Of a stretch of DNA of 64,000 nt, positions 25,564-34,373 are shown in pieces; positions within the stretch are counted from its first letter, which is position 1; every line of letters starts with the position of its first letter. The DNA is taken from assembly GCA_041687695.1 (NCBI GenBank), contig JAWLBL010000020.1:32001-96000 (forward strand). Direction: 5' to 3'. Position numbers and translations under genes: made by a program. Below the pieces are notes generated by a model. That model was not told the origin of the DNA and made no database searches. It saw only the letters and a program-made list of their open reading frames with translations. This DNA comes from Myxococcota bacterium. GTDB taxonomy: Bacteria > Myxococcota_A > UBA9042 > PHBI01 > JAWLBL01.

Positions 25564-26951
25564 GGGATGGACCACAGGACGGCTCCGGTGAGCGAGACGA
25601 CGGCGGCGCGCCACGCGGTGGCGGCGACCATCATGCGGTCGGCGCGGGCGAGGCGGGCGAGGTGGAGGGCGCCCCAGGTGAGGGTGAGGGCGAGGAGGGC
25701 GCCGCCGAGGAGCACGACGACGCCCGCGACCAGCCCTCCGGCGACGGTGGCGGCGACCGCGGCGGCGAGCACGGCCCAGGCGGGGTGGATGAGGCTCGCG
25801 GCGAGGCGGCCGAGGCGTTCGTCGCGCGGGCGGGAGGGCAGGGTGCGGGCGAGCCAGGGGGAGTCGAGCTCGGGGCCCTCGAGGCGGAAGCCCGAGACGA
25901 GGAAGAGGCCGACGAAGGCGCCGAGGAGGGGCAGGAACACCGGCGCGGGGGTGAGCTCGGCCGTGGCGGTGAAGGCGAGGCGGCCGGCGATGAGGCCGTG
26001 GAGCCAGAGCATGACGCGATCGATGCGGTGGCGGCGGCGCAGCTGCTTGAGATCGCGGAGGAAGTAGGGGCGCGCGGGGGGTGGCAGGAGGCGCGCGAGG
26101 CCGGCGCCGGGCGTCGTCGCGGGGACGCCGTCCTCGCGGTAGGGGGGCGGGGCCTCGGCCTCGGTGAAGCGGGCCATGATGGGGAAGAGGGCGGCGTCGG
26201 CGATGCGGGCCGCGGCGACGAGGGCGACGACGAGGGTCACGGCGGACCAGGCGAAGGGGAGGGCGAGGAGGTCGCCGCGATCGGCGGTGAGGGCGTGGAA
26301 GAGGAAGAGGTCGTTGAGGACGCCGAGGACGAGGGCGCCGGCGAGGGCGGCGGCGGGGGAGTACAGGAGCAGGGCGTGCTCGTCGGCGACGATGTGGGAG
26401 GCGAGGAGCTTGCGGAGGTGGCTGGACTCGGACAGGAGCGAGCGGCCGGCGGCGAGGTGGGCGGCGGCGGCGAGGGCGAGGCCGGCGAGGAGGGTGAGGG
26501 CCGGGGTGGCGGCGGCGTAGGCGGGCAGGCCCGTGGGGGCGCCGGCGTCGAGGAGGCCGAAGGCGTAGCCGGCGGGGGCGAGGAGGAGGGGGAGGTGCAG
26601 CGCGTAGGCGCGGACCATGAGATCGACGAAGCGGGTGCGGCCGCGCAGGGGGAGGAGCCCGACGAAGGAGGCGTCGGCGGCGCGGAAGAGGATCTCGAAG
26701 GTCGCGTAGCCGAGCAGGAGGGACTGGAGCGTGGTCATCCAGAAGACGCGCTCGCGGACGACGGCGTAGGTGCGCTCGCCCGGCGTGAGGGCGGCGGCGT
26801 CGGCGGCGCCGAGCGCGGCGAGGCCCACCCAGACGGCCACGGCCGCGGCGGCGAGGAGCACGCCGGTGGCGAGCTGGGCGGGGGCGCGGGTCGCGCCGAC
26901 GCGGCGGCCGAGGGCGCGCCAACGGTAGGAGATGAGGCGGGTCGCGCGGAT
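25560..26951 (-). CDS. ABC exporter permease-like multi-pass membrane protein (start uncertain: ATC at 26951 or GTG at 26861)
   Basis: Many hydrophobic helices, RDLKQLRR motif, translational coupling to the ATPase. Confidence 0.75.
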   Translation of the reverse strand: MRATRLISYRWRALGRRVGATRAPAQLATGVLLAAAAVAVWVGLAALGAADAAALTPGERTYAVVRERVFWMTTLQSLLLGYATFEILFRAADASFVGLLPLRGRTRFVDLMVRAYALHLPLLLAPAGYAFGLLDAGAPTGLPAYAAATPALTLLAGLALAAAAHLAAGRSLLSESSHLRKLLASHIVADEHALLLYSPAAALAGALVLGVLNDLFLFHALTADRGDLLALPFAWSAVTLVVALVAAARIADAALFPIMARFTEAEAPPPYREDGVPATTPGAGLARLLPPPARPYFLRDLKQLRRRHRIDRVMLWLHGLIAGRLAFTATAELTPAPVFLPLLGAFVGLFLVSGFRLEGPELDSPWLARTLPSRPRDERLGRLAASLIHPAWAVLAAAVAATVAGGLVAGVVVLLGGALLALTLTWGALHLARLARADRMMVAATAWRAAVVSLTGAVLWSIP

Positions 26952-27100
26952 GGGAGCCTCCTGACAGCGGCGGCAAGGGTAGGGGAGTCGCGCCTCGGGG
27001 GCCAGACGTCAGCGCGTGTAAGCGGCTGTCCGGGCTCGGAGGGTGCGGCGGTCCGGCCTGACGTAGTAGAAGCTAGGCGCGCCCGTCGCGCTGGAGCCGC

Positions 27101-27442
27101 ATGCATCCCGACCCGCTCAACGCCCCCGCCCCACCCGAAGCGCTCGACGCCGTCTGCGGCCATCGGATCGCGACCGACGGGGCGCCGCGGCTGTTGTTTC
27201 GGGGGCATCGCTATTTCTTCTGCTCGTCGGCGTGCCGGCTGGCTTTCAAGCGAGCGCCCGAGCGGTACGCCGACGAGCACGCCGATGCCGCGGTCGCCGT
27301 CCCGCCGCTGGTGCCGCCGAGCACGCGGCCGCCGAGCCCGTTCCGCGTGGCGCGTGGCGGGGGCGTATCGCCGACGGCCGACGGCTCGCAGCACCCGACC
27401 CCGCCCGACGACGACTCGGGAGGGCGCCGGGGGGGCGATTGA
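27101..27442 (+). CDS. YHS/TRASH metal-binding domain protein
   Basis: DAVCG....FRGHRYFFCSSACRLAFKRAPERY; GGAG RBS. Confidence 0.8.
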   Translation: MHPDPLNAPAPPEALDAVCGHRIATDGAPRLLFRGHRYFFCSSACRLAFKRAPERYADEHADAAVAVPPLVPPSTRPPSPFRVARGGGVSPTADGSQHPTPPDDDSGGRRGGD

Positions 27443-27492
27443 CGCCACGCGCAGCCTTGGAACACACTGGAGCCACCAGCGGGGAGCAGGTC

Positions 27493-28308
27493 ATGAGCCA
27501 GTACGCGAATGCCGGGATCTTCAGGAGAATCATCGTCCTCGTGCTCGAGGGCTACGGGGTCGGCGCCCTCCCGGACGCGGGCGAGACGCGCGACCGCGGC
27601 GCCGACACCCTGGGCCACCTGGCTACCTACACGGGTGGCCTCAACCTGCCGATGCTGCAGTGGATGGGCCTCGGCAACGTGGCGGCCGTCCGCGGGGTCG
27701 AGCCGGCCGATCCGCCGGCCGCGAGCTTTGGCCGCCTCGCCCGCACGTCGGCGGGCACGGACGTCGACGGGGCCCTGGCCGAGCTGCTCGACGGGCTGCT
27801 CGAAGACCTGGTCGCCTCGGGTAACGAGGTGATCGCCATCGGTCATGCTGCCGAGCTGCTCGATGGGCAGCCCGTCACCGTCTCCGAGCCCTCCCGTCGC
27901 CTCGATCGCGTCGTCGACACCGTCCTGGACGCGCTCGACATGGACGCCTCGGGGCTGATCGTCGCCTCCTTCGGCGCCGAAGACGCGAACCCCTTGGGCG
28001 CGCACGGGCCAGCGCGCCTCGCCCGGACCCTCTCGCGCATCGACACGCAGCTGGCGCGGCTGTTCGACGCGTTGACCGAGGACACGCTGCTGCTCGTCAC
28101 GACGGCCGGCGCCGTCGACGCCACGCTGGCCGCGCGCCGCGGCACCAGCCGCGAGTGGGCGCCCCTGCTGGCCTACACCGCCCTGGCGCCTTCGGGCATC
28201 GGCCTGGGCGACCGCCCCTCGCTCGCGGACGTGGGCGCCACGATCCGAGAGAACTTCGGCCTCTCGCAGGGGGCCGGAACGAGCTTCTACGCGCCGCTGA
28301 TTCCCTGA
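27493..28308 (+). CDS. Phosphopentomutase (DeoB)-like protein, shortened, with degenerate active site
   Basis: FRRIIVLVLEGYGVGALPDA...DRGADTLGH...LNLP.LQ.MGLGN start and RE.APLLAY...LGDR.SLADVGATI.ENFG end match DeoB; only 271 aa; lies directly upstream of PNP-cdd. Confidence 0.7.
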   Translation: MSQYANAGIFRRIIVLVLEGYGVGALPDAGETRDRGADTLGHLATYTGGLNLPMLQWMGLGNVAAVRGVEPADPPAASFGRLARTSAGTDVDGALAELLDGLLEDLVASGNEVIAIGHAAELLDGQPVTVSEPSRRLDRVVDTVLDALDMDASGLIVASFGAEDANPLGAHGPARLARTLSRIDTQLARLFDALTEDTLLLVTTAGAVDATLAARRGTSREWAPLLAYTALAPSGIGLGDRPSLADVGATIRENFGLSQGAGTSFYAPLIP

Positions 28309-28368
28309 CCCCGGGCCCGGTTGCCCGTCCAGGGGAGAGCGTCCCGACACGATCGAAGAGGCAATACG

Positions 28369-29235
28369 ATGGTCCAATCGGCGCCGGAGACGACGCTGAA
28401 CCGGCTGGACGACGCGGTGCGGTACGTGCGCGAGCGCTGGCCCCACACGCCGACCCTGGGCGTCATCGCGGGCAGCGGCCTCGGGCTGCTGGGCGATCTG
28501 GCGACCGAGTCCGTCCGCATGCCCTACGGCACGATCCCGCACATGCCGACGCCGTCGGTGGTGGGGCACAGCGGTGAGCTGGTGGTCGGCACGCTCGCCG
28601 GCCTGCGCGTCGCCATCCTCAGCGGACGCGTGCACCACTACGAAGGCTGGCCGATGGGCGACGTCGTCTTCGGGGCGCGCCTGCTGGCGCGGCTCGGCTG
28701 CGAGTCGGTCGTCCTGACCAACGCCGCCGGCGGCATCCACCCCTGGCTGTTGCCGGGCTCGCTGTGCCGCATCGTGGATCACCTGAACCTGATGGGCGCC
28801 AACCCGCTCGGCGGCCCCAACGTCGAGGGGCTCGGACCGCGCTTCCCCGACATGTCCGCCGTCTACGATCGCGTGCTCGGCGACCGCCTCGACCGTGCGG
28901 CGGCCGCCCGCGGCGTCGTGCTCGGGCGCGGGGTGTACGCCGCCATGTCGGGCCCCTCCTACGAGACCCCGGCCGAGATCCGGATGCTGCGCGTGTTGGG
29001 CGCCGATCTCGTCGGGATGTCGACGGTGCCCGAAGCCATCGCGCTACGGCACATGGGCGTGCGGGTCGGCGGGGTAAGCGTCGTGTCGAACCACGCGGCG
29101 GGCGTCAGCGCCGAGCTCCTCAGCCACGACGACGTCAAGCACGTCGCCCTCGACGCCGGGCCGCGGCTGGTCGCCGTCCTCGAAGCCCTGGCCCGCGCGC
29201 TGGCCGAGGAGCCACTCGCCGGGGCGGTCCGATGA
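28369..29235 (+). CDS. punA: Purine-nucleoside phosphorylase (trimeric PNP family)
   Basis: GSGLG, GRVHHYEG, TNAAGG, GPSYETPAE, GADLVGMSTVPE. Confidence 0.93.
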   Translation: MVQSAPETTLNRLDDAVRYVRERWPHTPTLGVIAGSGLGLLGDLATESVRMPYGTIPHMPTPSVVGHSGELVVGTLAGLRVAILSGRVHHYEGWPMGDVVFGARLLARLGCESVVLTNAAGGIHPWLLPGSLCRIVDHLNLMGANPLGGPNVEGLGPRFPDMSAVYDRVLGDRLDRAAAARGVVLGRGVYAAMSGPSYETPAEIRMLRVLGADLVGMSTVPEAIALRHMGVRVGGVSVVSNHAAGVSAELLSHDDVKHVALDAGPRLVAVLEALARALAEEPLAGAVR

Positions 29236-29645
29236 TCGCCGACGACGCGCGGCTCGACGCTCTGGTCGCGGCCGCGGCCGACGCGCGCGAGCGCGCCTAC
29301 GCCCCGTACAGTCGGTTCAAGGTGGGCGCGGCCGTGCTGACCGAGAGCGGCCGCGTGCACGTAGGCGTCAACGTCGAGAACGCCAGCTACCCGTGTGGGA
29401 TGTGCGCCGAGCAGTCCGCCGTGTCCGCCGCCGTGACGTCGGGGGACCGTGGGATCGACGCCGTCGCGGTCGTGACCGACGCCGTAGAGCCGGCGGCGCC
29501 TTGCGGGATCTGCCGGCAGACCCTGTACGAGTTCAACCCCGGGATGACCGTCGTGCTGGCCAACACCGCCGGCGCGCGTCGCGTCCACCGCCTGTCGGAC
29601 CTGATGCCGCACGGCTTCGGGCCGCGCGACCTCATCGGCACCTGA
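29232..29645 (+). CDS. cdd: Cytidine deaminase (homotetrameric type)
   Basis: AYAPYSRFKVGAA, NVENASY, CAE, PCGICRQ. Confidence 0.95.
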   Translation: MIADDARLDALVAAAADARERAYAPYSRFKVGAAVLTESGRVHVGVNVENASYPCGMCAEQSAVSAAVTSGDRGIDAVAVVTDAVEPAAPCGICRQTLYEFNPGMTVVLANTAGARRVHRLSDLMPHGFGPRDLIGT

Positions 29646-29654
29646 GCCGCCCCG

Positions 29655-29788
29655 GTCGGATGAAGGACTGCCCAGCGCCGCCCCCACGGCGCTGAGCAGC
29701 CAGGCGCGATGGCGACACGCCTGACGGCACGCCCCCGTCGCCCTTCCGATGACTCGGAAGGCCGCTACGGCCTGTCACGCAGCGGCGT
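29655..29788 (-). ncRNA. Candidate sigma54-dependent small RNA with up to five consecutive hairpins
   Basis: Back-to-back stems whose G-U pairs work only on the minus strand, starting just downstream of a -24/-12 promoter. Confidence 0.5.
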
Positions 29789-29798
29789 CGGTTGAACA

Positions 29799-29815
29799 TG
29801 CGAGGCTCGTGCCAG
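29799..29815 (-). promoter_or_regulatory. sigma54 (-24/-12) promoter
   Basis: CTGGCACGAGCCTCGCA against consensus YTGGCACG-N4-TTGCW (one mismatch). Confidence 0.65.
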
Positions 29816-29869
29816 CGTGCAGCGGCTTGCGTCCGGGCGCCGCTCGGTGCGAGCGCGGCCCCTTCGCGA

Positions 29870-29886
29870 TGCGCAACGGTTGCGCA
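29870..29886. promoter_or_regulatory. Perfect palindrome, candidate activator/operator site
   Basis: TGCGCAAC-G-GTTGCGCA. Confidence 0.5.
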
Positions 29887-29959
29887 CCCGAGCGCGCGTG
29901 ATTGCCAAGTGACCGCTCTGGCTCGGCGGCGGTTGTGTTCCGGTCGCGGGCTTGTCACG

Positions 29960-31060
29960 ATGCGCCGCATGTTCGCCCGGCGCCTCGCCCTCGTGCTCGC
30001 CCTCTCGCTCGCCGCGCCGTCGTGCGGCGGCGACGGCCACGAGGCCACCTACGTCGCGTCCGCCAAGGGCTGCCCCCGCGTCGACGACCACCTGGAACGG
30101 GTCTATGCCTTGCTGCAGGACGGTCGGCTCGATCACGTCCGGCAGCTGCTCGAGGCCTCGTTGACCGACGACGAGCGCGCCGATCTGGTGGTCACGGCGA
30201 TCCGCGTCGTGTCGGCCTTCGAGCCCGGCACCTTCGTGGCCCTCGGCGCGATGGCCGATCAGGTGGCCGAGGCCGACGACCTGCAGGCGACCCTCGGGCG
30301 GCTGCTGCGCTGGATCGCTGTCGACGGCGCCCGCGCCCCGCACGCCAGCGAGCTCGGGCGGGTCCGCATCCTGATGAACACCTGCGAGCTGCCGCCGATC
30401 CTGCGCCTCGTCGACGCCCTGCTCGCCGACGAGGCGCTGCAGCGCGCGTTGCTCGAGCTGTTGGCCGGCCTCGACCTGGGCGACGCGCTCGAGGGCGTCA
30501 CGATCGATGGCGAGTCCGGCCGCCCCGCGGTGCTCGCCCTGGCGCGCAACGTCCTCGTCGCCTTCACCAGCCCCGACTTCGACTTGGCTGTCCTCATCGA
30601 CCTCCTCGGCCTCGTCGTCGATGTCGAGGCCGAGCCCTGGCCGGCGGTGACGGCCGCGCTGGAGGACCTGCTCGGCCCCGGCGCGTCCCGGGACGCCCTG
30701 GTCGGCCTGGCTCACTGCCTGTTGACGGTCGACGCGGATCTCTCGCTGGTCGGCCTGATCTTCGACGCGGCGACCGATCCCGAGCTCGACCTCCTGGACA
30801 GCCTGAGCCTCCCAAAGTCCGACGCCGATGGCGGCTCGCTGCTGCCACCGACGTTGGCGGCGCCCCTCCACGCCGCCCTGCGCTTCCTCGCCGACGATCC
30901 GCCCGCGCTCACCAGCCTGATCGCGGTCCTGACCGCCGCGCTTCGCGACGACGTCGCCCCGGGTGTCCTGGCCGACCTGGCGGACGTGCTCGACGCCGGC
31001 GTCCTGGGCGACGTGGTGCGACTGCTCGGCGCCCTCGCCACGCGCGAGTGCCCCCTGTGA
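29960..31060 (+). CDS. Hypothetical all-helical lipoprotein
   Basis: Signal peptide ending APSC; Leu/Asp/Ala-rich helices; coupled to the FadL-like gene. Confidence 0.75.
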   Translation: MRRMFARRLALVLALSLAAPSCGGDGHEATYVASAKGCPRVDDHLERVYALLQDGRLDHVRQLLEASLTDDERADLVVTAIRVVSAFEPGTFVALGAMADQVAEADDLQATLGRLLRWIAVDGARAPHASELGRVRILMNTCELPPILRLVDALLADEALQRALLELLAGLDLGDALEGVTIDGESGRPAVLALARNVLVAFTSPDFDLAVLIDLLGLVVDVEAEPWPAVTAALEDLLGPGASRDALVGLAHCLLTVDADLSLVGLIFDAATDPELDLLDSLSLPKSDADGGSLLPPTLAAPLHAALRFLADDPPALTSLIAVLTAALRDDVAPGVLADLADVLDAGVLGDVVRLLGALATRECPL

Positions 31061-32385
31061 CGGCGGCTCGGCTGGTCGCGACCGCGGCGCTGGCCAGCGC
31101 CCTCGTCGCCTGGGACGGCGCCGCCTCCGGCAGCACCTTCGACGTCTTCGGCTTCCACCCGCGCGGCCTCGCGCTGGGCGGCGCCATGTCGGCGCCCGTC
31201 GACGACTACACCGCGACCTACTACAACCCGGCGGCCATCACCGTCCCCAAGCAGGTCAGCTTCGGCGCCGGGCTGACGCTGACGACGCCCCTGCTGGCCG
31301 TCGATCGCATCCGCCAGGACCCCGACTTCCCGACCGTCTTGCCCGACACGCACGCGGGCGTCTCGTTCGGCTGGCTCTACCCGCTCGGCGGCATCTTCAA
31401 GGACAAGCTCGCCCTGTCCATCGCCGGCTACCTGCCGGCCACGCGCATCGTCCGCGTCGAGGGGATCGACCCTCAGCTCCCGCAGTTCTACATGTACCAG
31501 AACCTGCAGGATAAGCTCCTGCTGCAGGGGGCCGTGGCGTGGGAGGTGACGCCGTGGCTCTCGGTGGGCGGCGGCGTGCAGATCCTGGCCGATCTCGTCG
31601 GTCACGCCGAGCTGAACCTGAACGTCCTCAACGGCTCGTTCCGCCGCACGGACCTGTCCGTCGAGCTGCAACCCTCCACCTCGCCCATGCTGGGCGTCCA
31701 CCTGCGCCCGGCGCGTGGCCTCGCCATCGGCCTGACCTGGCGGGGCTCGACGTCCCTCAGCTTCGATCTTCCGGTCCTGGTCACCGAGGGCGAGGCGCTC
31801 GCCCTGGCCATCGAGGTGGCGCAGACGGTCCTGTGGGCACCCGATCAGCTGACGTTCGGGGTGTCCTACGAGGTCGACGACCTGGATCTGCTGGTGACGA
31901 CCGAAGCCACCTATGCGCAGTGGTCCCGCGCGCCCGATCCCTCGCCGCGGCTGTCCGCCGACTTCTCGGGCGGGCTCGTCGACGCGCTCGGGTTGGGGCA
32001 GGCCATCGACATCTCGACGCGCGCCAACCCCGTCGAGCTGGGCTTCGTCGACACGCTGGTCGGTCGCGTCGGCGTCGAGTGGCGGGGGCTGCCGTGGCTC
32101 CGCGCGCGCGGCGGCTACTTCTTCCGGCCGACGCCCGCGCCTCGCCAGACCGGCTGGACCGCGTACCTGGACAATGACGCCCACGTCGTCTCCGGAGGCG
32201 TCGGCTTCGTCTTCGACGACCCGCTCGAGGTCCATCCCAACCCGGTCGAGGTCGACCTGGCCGCCCAGTGGACCGTGCTGGCGCGCCGCACCCTGTACCG
32301 AGACGACCCGCGGGACCCGGTCGGCGACATGAGCCACGGCGGCTCGGTGCTGACCTTCTCCGTCGCCCTCAGCCACCGCTACTGA
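31057..32385 (+). CDS. OmpP1/FadL family outer-membrane transporter
   Basis: Hatch motif FGFHPRGLALGGA...DDYTATYYNPAAI; amphipathic beta strands; terminal Tyr. Confidence 0.88.
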   Translation: MTAARLVATAALASALVAWDGAASGSTFDVFGFHPRGLALGGAMSAPVDDYTATYYNPAAITVPKQVSFGAGLTLTTPLLAVDRIRQDPDFPTVLPDTHAGVSFGWLYPLGGIFKDKLALSIAGYLPATRIVRVEGIDPQLPQFYMYQNLQDKLLLQGAVAWEVTPWLSVGGGVQILADLVGHAELNLNVLNGSFRRTDLSVELQPSTSPMLGVHLRPARGLAIGLTWRGSTSLSFDLPVLVTEGEALALAIEVAQTVLWAPDQLTFGVSYEVDDLDLLVTTEATYAQWSRAPDPSPRLSADFSGGLVDALGLGQAIDISTRANPVELGFVDTLVGRVGVEWRGLPWLRARGGYFFRPTPAPRQTGWTAYLDNDAHVVSGGVGFVFDDPLEVHPNPVEVDLAAQWTVLARRTLYRDDPRDPVGDMSHGGSVLTFSVALSHRY

Positions 32386-34256
32386 GCGGCCCCGTCGGAG
32401 CCGCCGAAGAGCGCGCTCCAGTCGGCGCGGCGCACGGCCTCACGCGCCGCCGGGTCGCCCGCCTCGAGCCCCTCGGCGACGGGCTGCAGGCGCGCCGCCA
32501 GCGGGCTGCCGGGCGTGAAGGCGCGCGCCGCGTCGAGGGCGAGCTGCGCCGCGGGGCCGTCCTCCTGCGACAGGCGGGTCGTCGCGATCTCGAGCCAAAG
32601 GAGCGTGGCCGTCGAGCGGGCCTCGCGCAGGGTGCGGCCTTCCTCGCCGAGGGCCGCGCTCCAGCCCGCGGCGTCCCGGGCCTGCGCCTCGCGCTCGGCG
32701 GCCGCCGCGGAGCGCCCCACGCGCCACAGGCCACCGGCCCAGCGCAGCCGGTCGACCGGCACGGGCGGGTTCAAGGTCGGCTCGAGGTAGACCGGGCGAC
32801 GCGCGGCGACCTCGAGCAGCCCGGTGGTCGGGAAGCGCTGCGAGGCGACGAAGGCCCACGACACTTCAGCGAAGGGCTCGCCGCGGCGGGCGAGCGCCTC
32901 GGCCAGCGGCCGGCCGCCGCCGACGTGGCCCTCGAAGGACTGATGCACGACGAGGAGGTCCGGCCGCACCCCCTCGACGGCCGCGTGATACAGGCGGCCG
33001 AAGTGCAGGGCATAGAACGAGGGCATCACCACCGCCCCCGGCAGCACGTCGCGCAGCAGCAGGGACTCGACGGTGGCCGGCGAGCGCACCTGGGCCAGCG
33101 CCAGGCGCGGCAGACGTTCGGCCAGGCTGACGCCGGCGATGAGCAATGCCAGACCGGCGGTGGCCAGGCCCGCGACACGCGGGAGGCCTCGGCGCGCGAG
33201 GAGCGCCGCGAGGGGCGGGGCGGCCAGCACCGCGAGCATGGCCCAGGCCATCTGGAAGTAGCCGCCGTCGTCGGGGTTGGTCGGATCGACGTCCATGAGC
33301 AGCTTGGTCAGGAGATTGCCGACGAGGACCAGGCCGAGGGCGAGCGCGAGGGCGGGCGCGCGGGCGGCCATCTGGGCGAGGCCCGCGAGCGCCGCGAGTA
33401 GCAGGACCGGGCCCAGGTCGACCAGGGCCATGTCGGCGGCCAGGATCGCGTTGTGCGTCAGCGGGGTGGACGCGCCCGTGACCGACGGCTGGAACACGCG
33501 CGCGGTGACGACGTCGACGAAGCGGCCCAGGGTGTCGGGTGACGCGTAGTTGAGCAGCGGATCGGTGGCGGCCCGGAGCGGCAAGAGGACGTAGAGCGCG
33601 AGACCCAACGCAGCGAAGCCCACGAGGGCGGGCAGCGCGCGCACGACGGCGTGGACGCGCGCGCGGTCGGCGAGCAGCAGCGCGGCCAGGGCCGGCAGGT
33701 GGAAGACCATCAGCAGGTGGTGGTTGGCGCCGCCCAGCCCGACCAGCAGCGCGACGGCGGCCATCGTGGCCCAGGGGCGGGGGGCGGCCCCCGAGTGGAC
33801 GTCCCAGGCCAGGCGGGTCGCCAGCAGCGCCGTCAGGAGATGGAGGGTGTAGACCTCGGCGCGGTTGGCCTGCAGCCATAGCGCCGTCGTCGCCCCGAAC
33901 GCCAGCGCCACGAGCGCAGCCACGCCGGAGGCGACGCCCGGCGAGACCTTGGGCTCGGTGACCCGGACGGCACGGCGGGCCAGGTCGAAGACCAGCGCGA
34001 CCGAAGCTCCGGCGCACAGCGCGCTGAGCACGGCCACCCGGAAGGCCAGGGGACCGAGCGGCAGCAGGCTCGCGGCGTGCGCCACGATGACGTACAGCGG
34101 GTGTCCCGGCGCGTGCGGGACACCGAGGGTGGCCCCGGCCGCGGCCAGCTCGCCCGAGTCGAGCCAGAACGCCCCACCGGGCGCGGTCGCCAGGTAGGCG
34201 AGGGTGGTCGCGACGAAGAGCGCGGCGCGTGGCCGCGACGGCGAGGTGGGCGTCAC
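32379..34256 (-). CDS. DUF2723/TMEM260-like GT-C membrane glycosyltransferase
   Basis: DSGEL, GVPHAPGHPLY, AEVYTL, ANHH, Y.LLPLRA...P.LN; start uncertain (34256 or 34307). Confidence 0.85.
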   Translation of the reverse strand: MTPTSPSRPRAALFVATTLAYLATAPGGAFWLDSGELAAAGATLGVPHAPGHPLYVIVAHAASLLPLGPLAFRVAVLSALCAGASVALVFDLARRAVRVTEPKVSPGVASGVAALVALAFGATTALWLQANRAEVYTLHLLTALLATRLAWDVHSGAAPRPWATMAAVALLVGLGGANHHLLMVFHLPALAALLLADRARVHAVVRALPALVGFAALGLALYVLLPLRAATDPLLNYASPDTLGRFVDVVTARVFQPSVTGASTPLTHNAILAADMALVDLGPVLLLAALAGLAQMAARAPALALALGLVLVGNLLTKLLMDVDPTNPDDGGYFQMAWAMLAVLAAPPLAALLARRGLPRVAGLATAGLALLIAGVSLAERLPRLALAQVRSPATVESLLLRDVLPGAVVMPSFYALHFGRLYHAAVEGVRPDLLVVHQSFEGHVGGGRPLAEALARRGEPFAEVSWAFVASQRFPTTGLLEVAARRPVYLEPTLNPPVPVDRLRWAGGLWRVGRSAAAAEREAQARDAAGWSAALGEEGRTLREARSTATLLWLEIATTRLSQEDGPAAQLALDAARAFTPGSPLAARLQPVAEGLEAGDPAAREAVRRADWSALFGGSDGAAQ

Positions 34257-34305
34257 GCGCGGAGGATGCCACGGCCCCGTCCGGGTGTCCGGTAGAGGGC
34301 ACGCC

Positions 34306-34349
34306 AAAAAAGACAGACGCCCCGGTCGACGGCTTCGACCGGGGCGTCT
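34306..34349 (-). terminator. Intrinsic terminator of the cytochrome c gene
   Basis: 15-bp stem AGACGCCCCGGTCGA/TCGACCGGGGCGTCT followed by a T6 tract on the minus strand. Confidence 0.85.
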
Positions 34350-34373
34350 CGTGCACCGGGGAGGGGAGACGGG

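Noticed and set aside
29632..30048. Minus-strand ORF over the candidate sRNA
   Set aside because: No protein-like features or RBS, it starts upstream of the sigma54 promoter, and it overlaps both flanking genes
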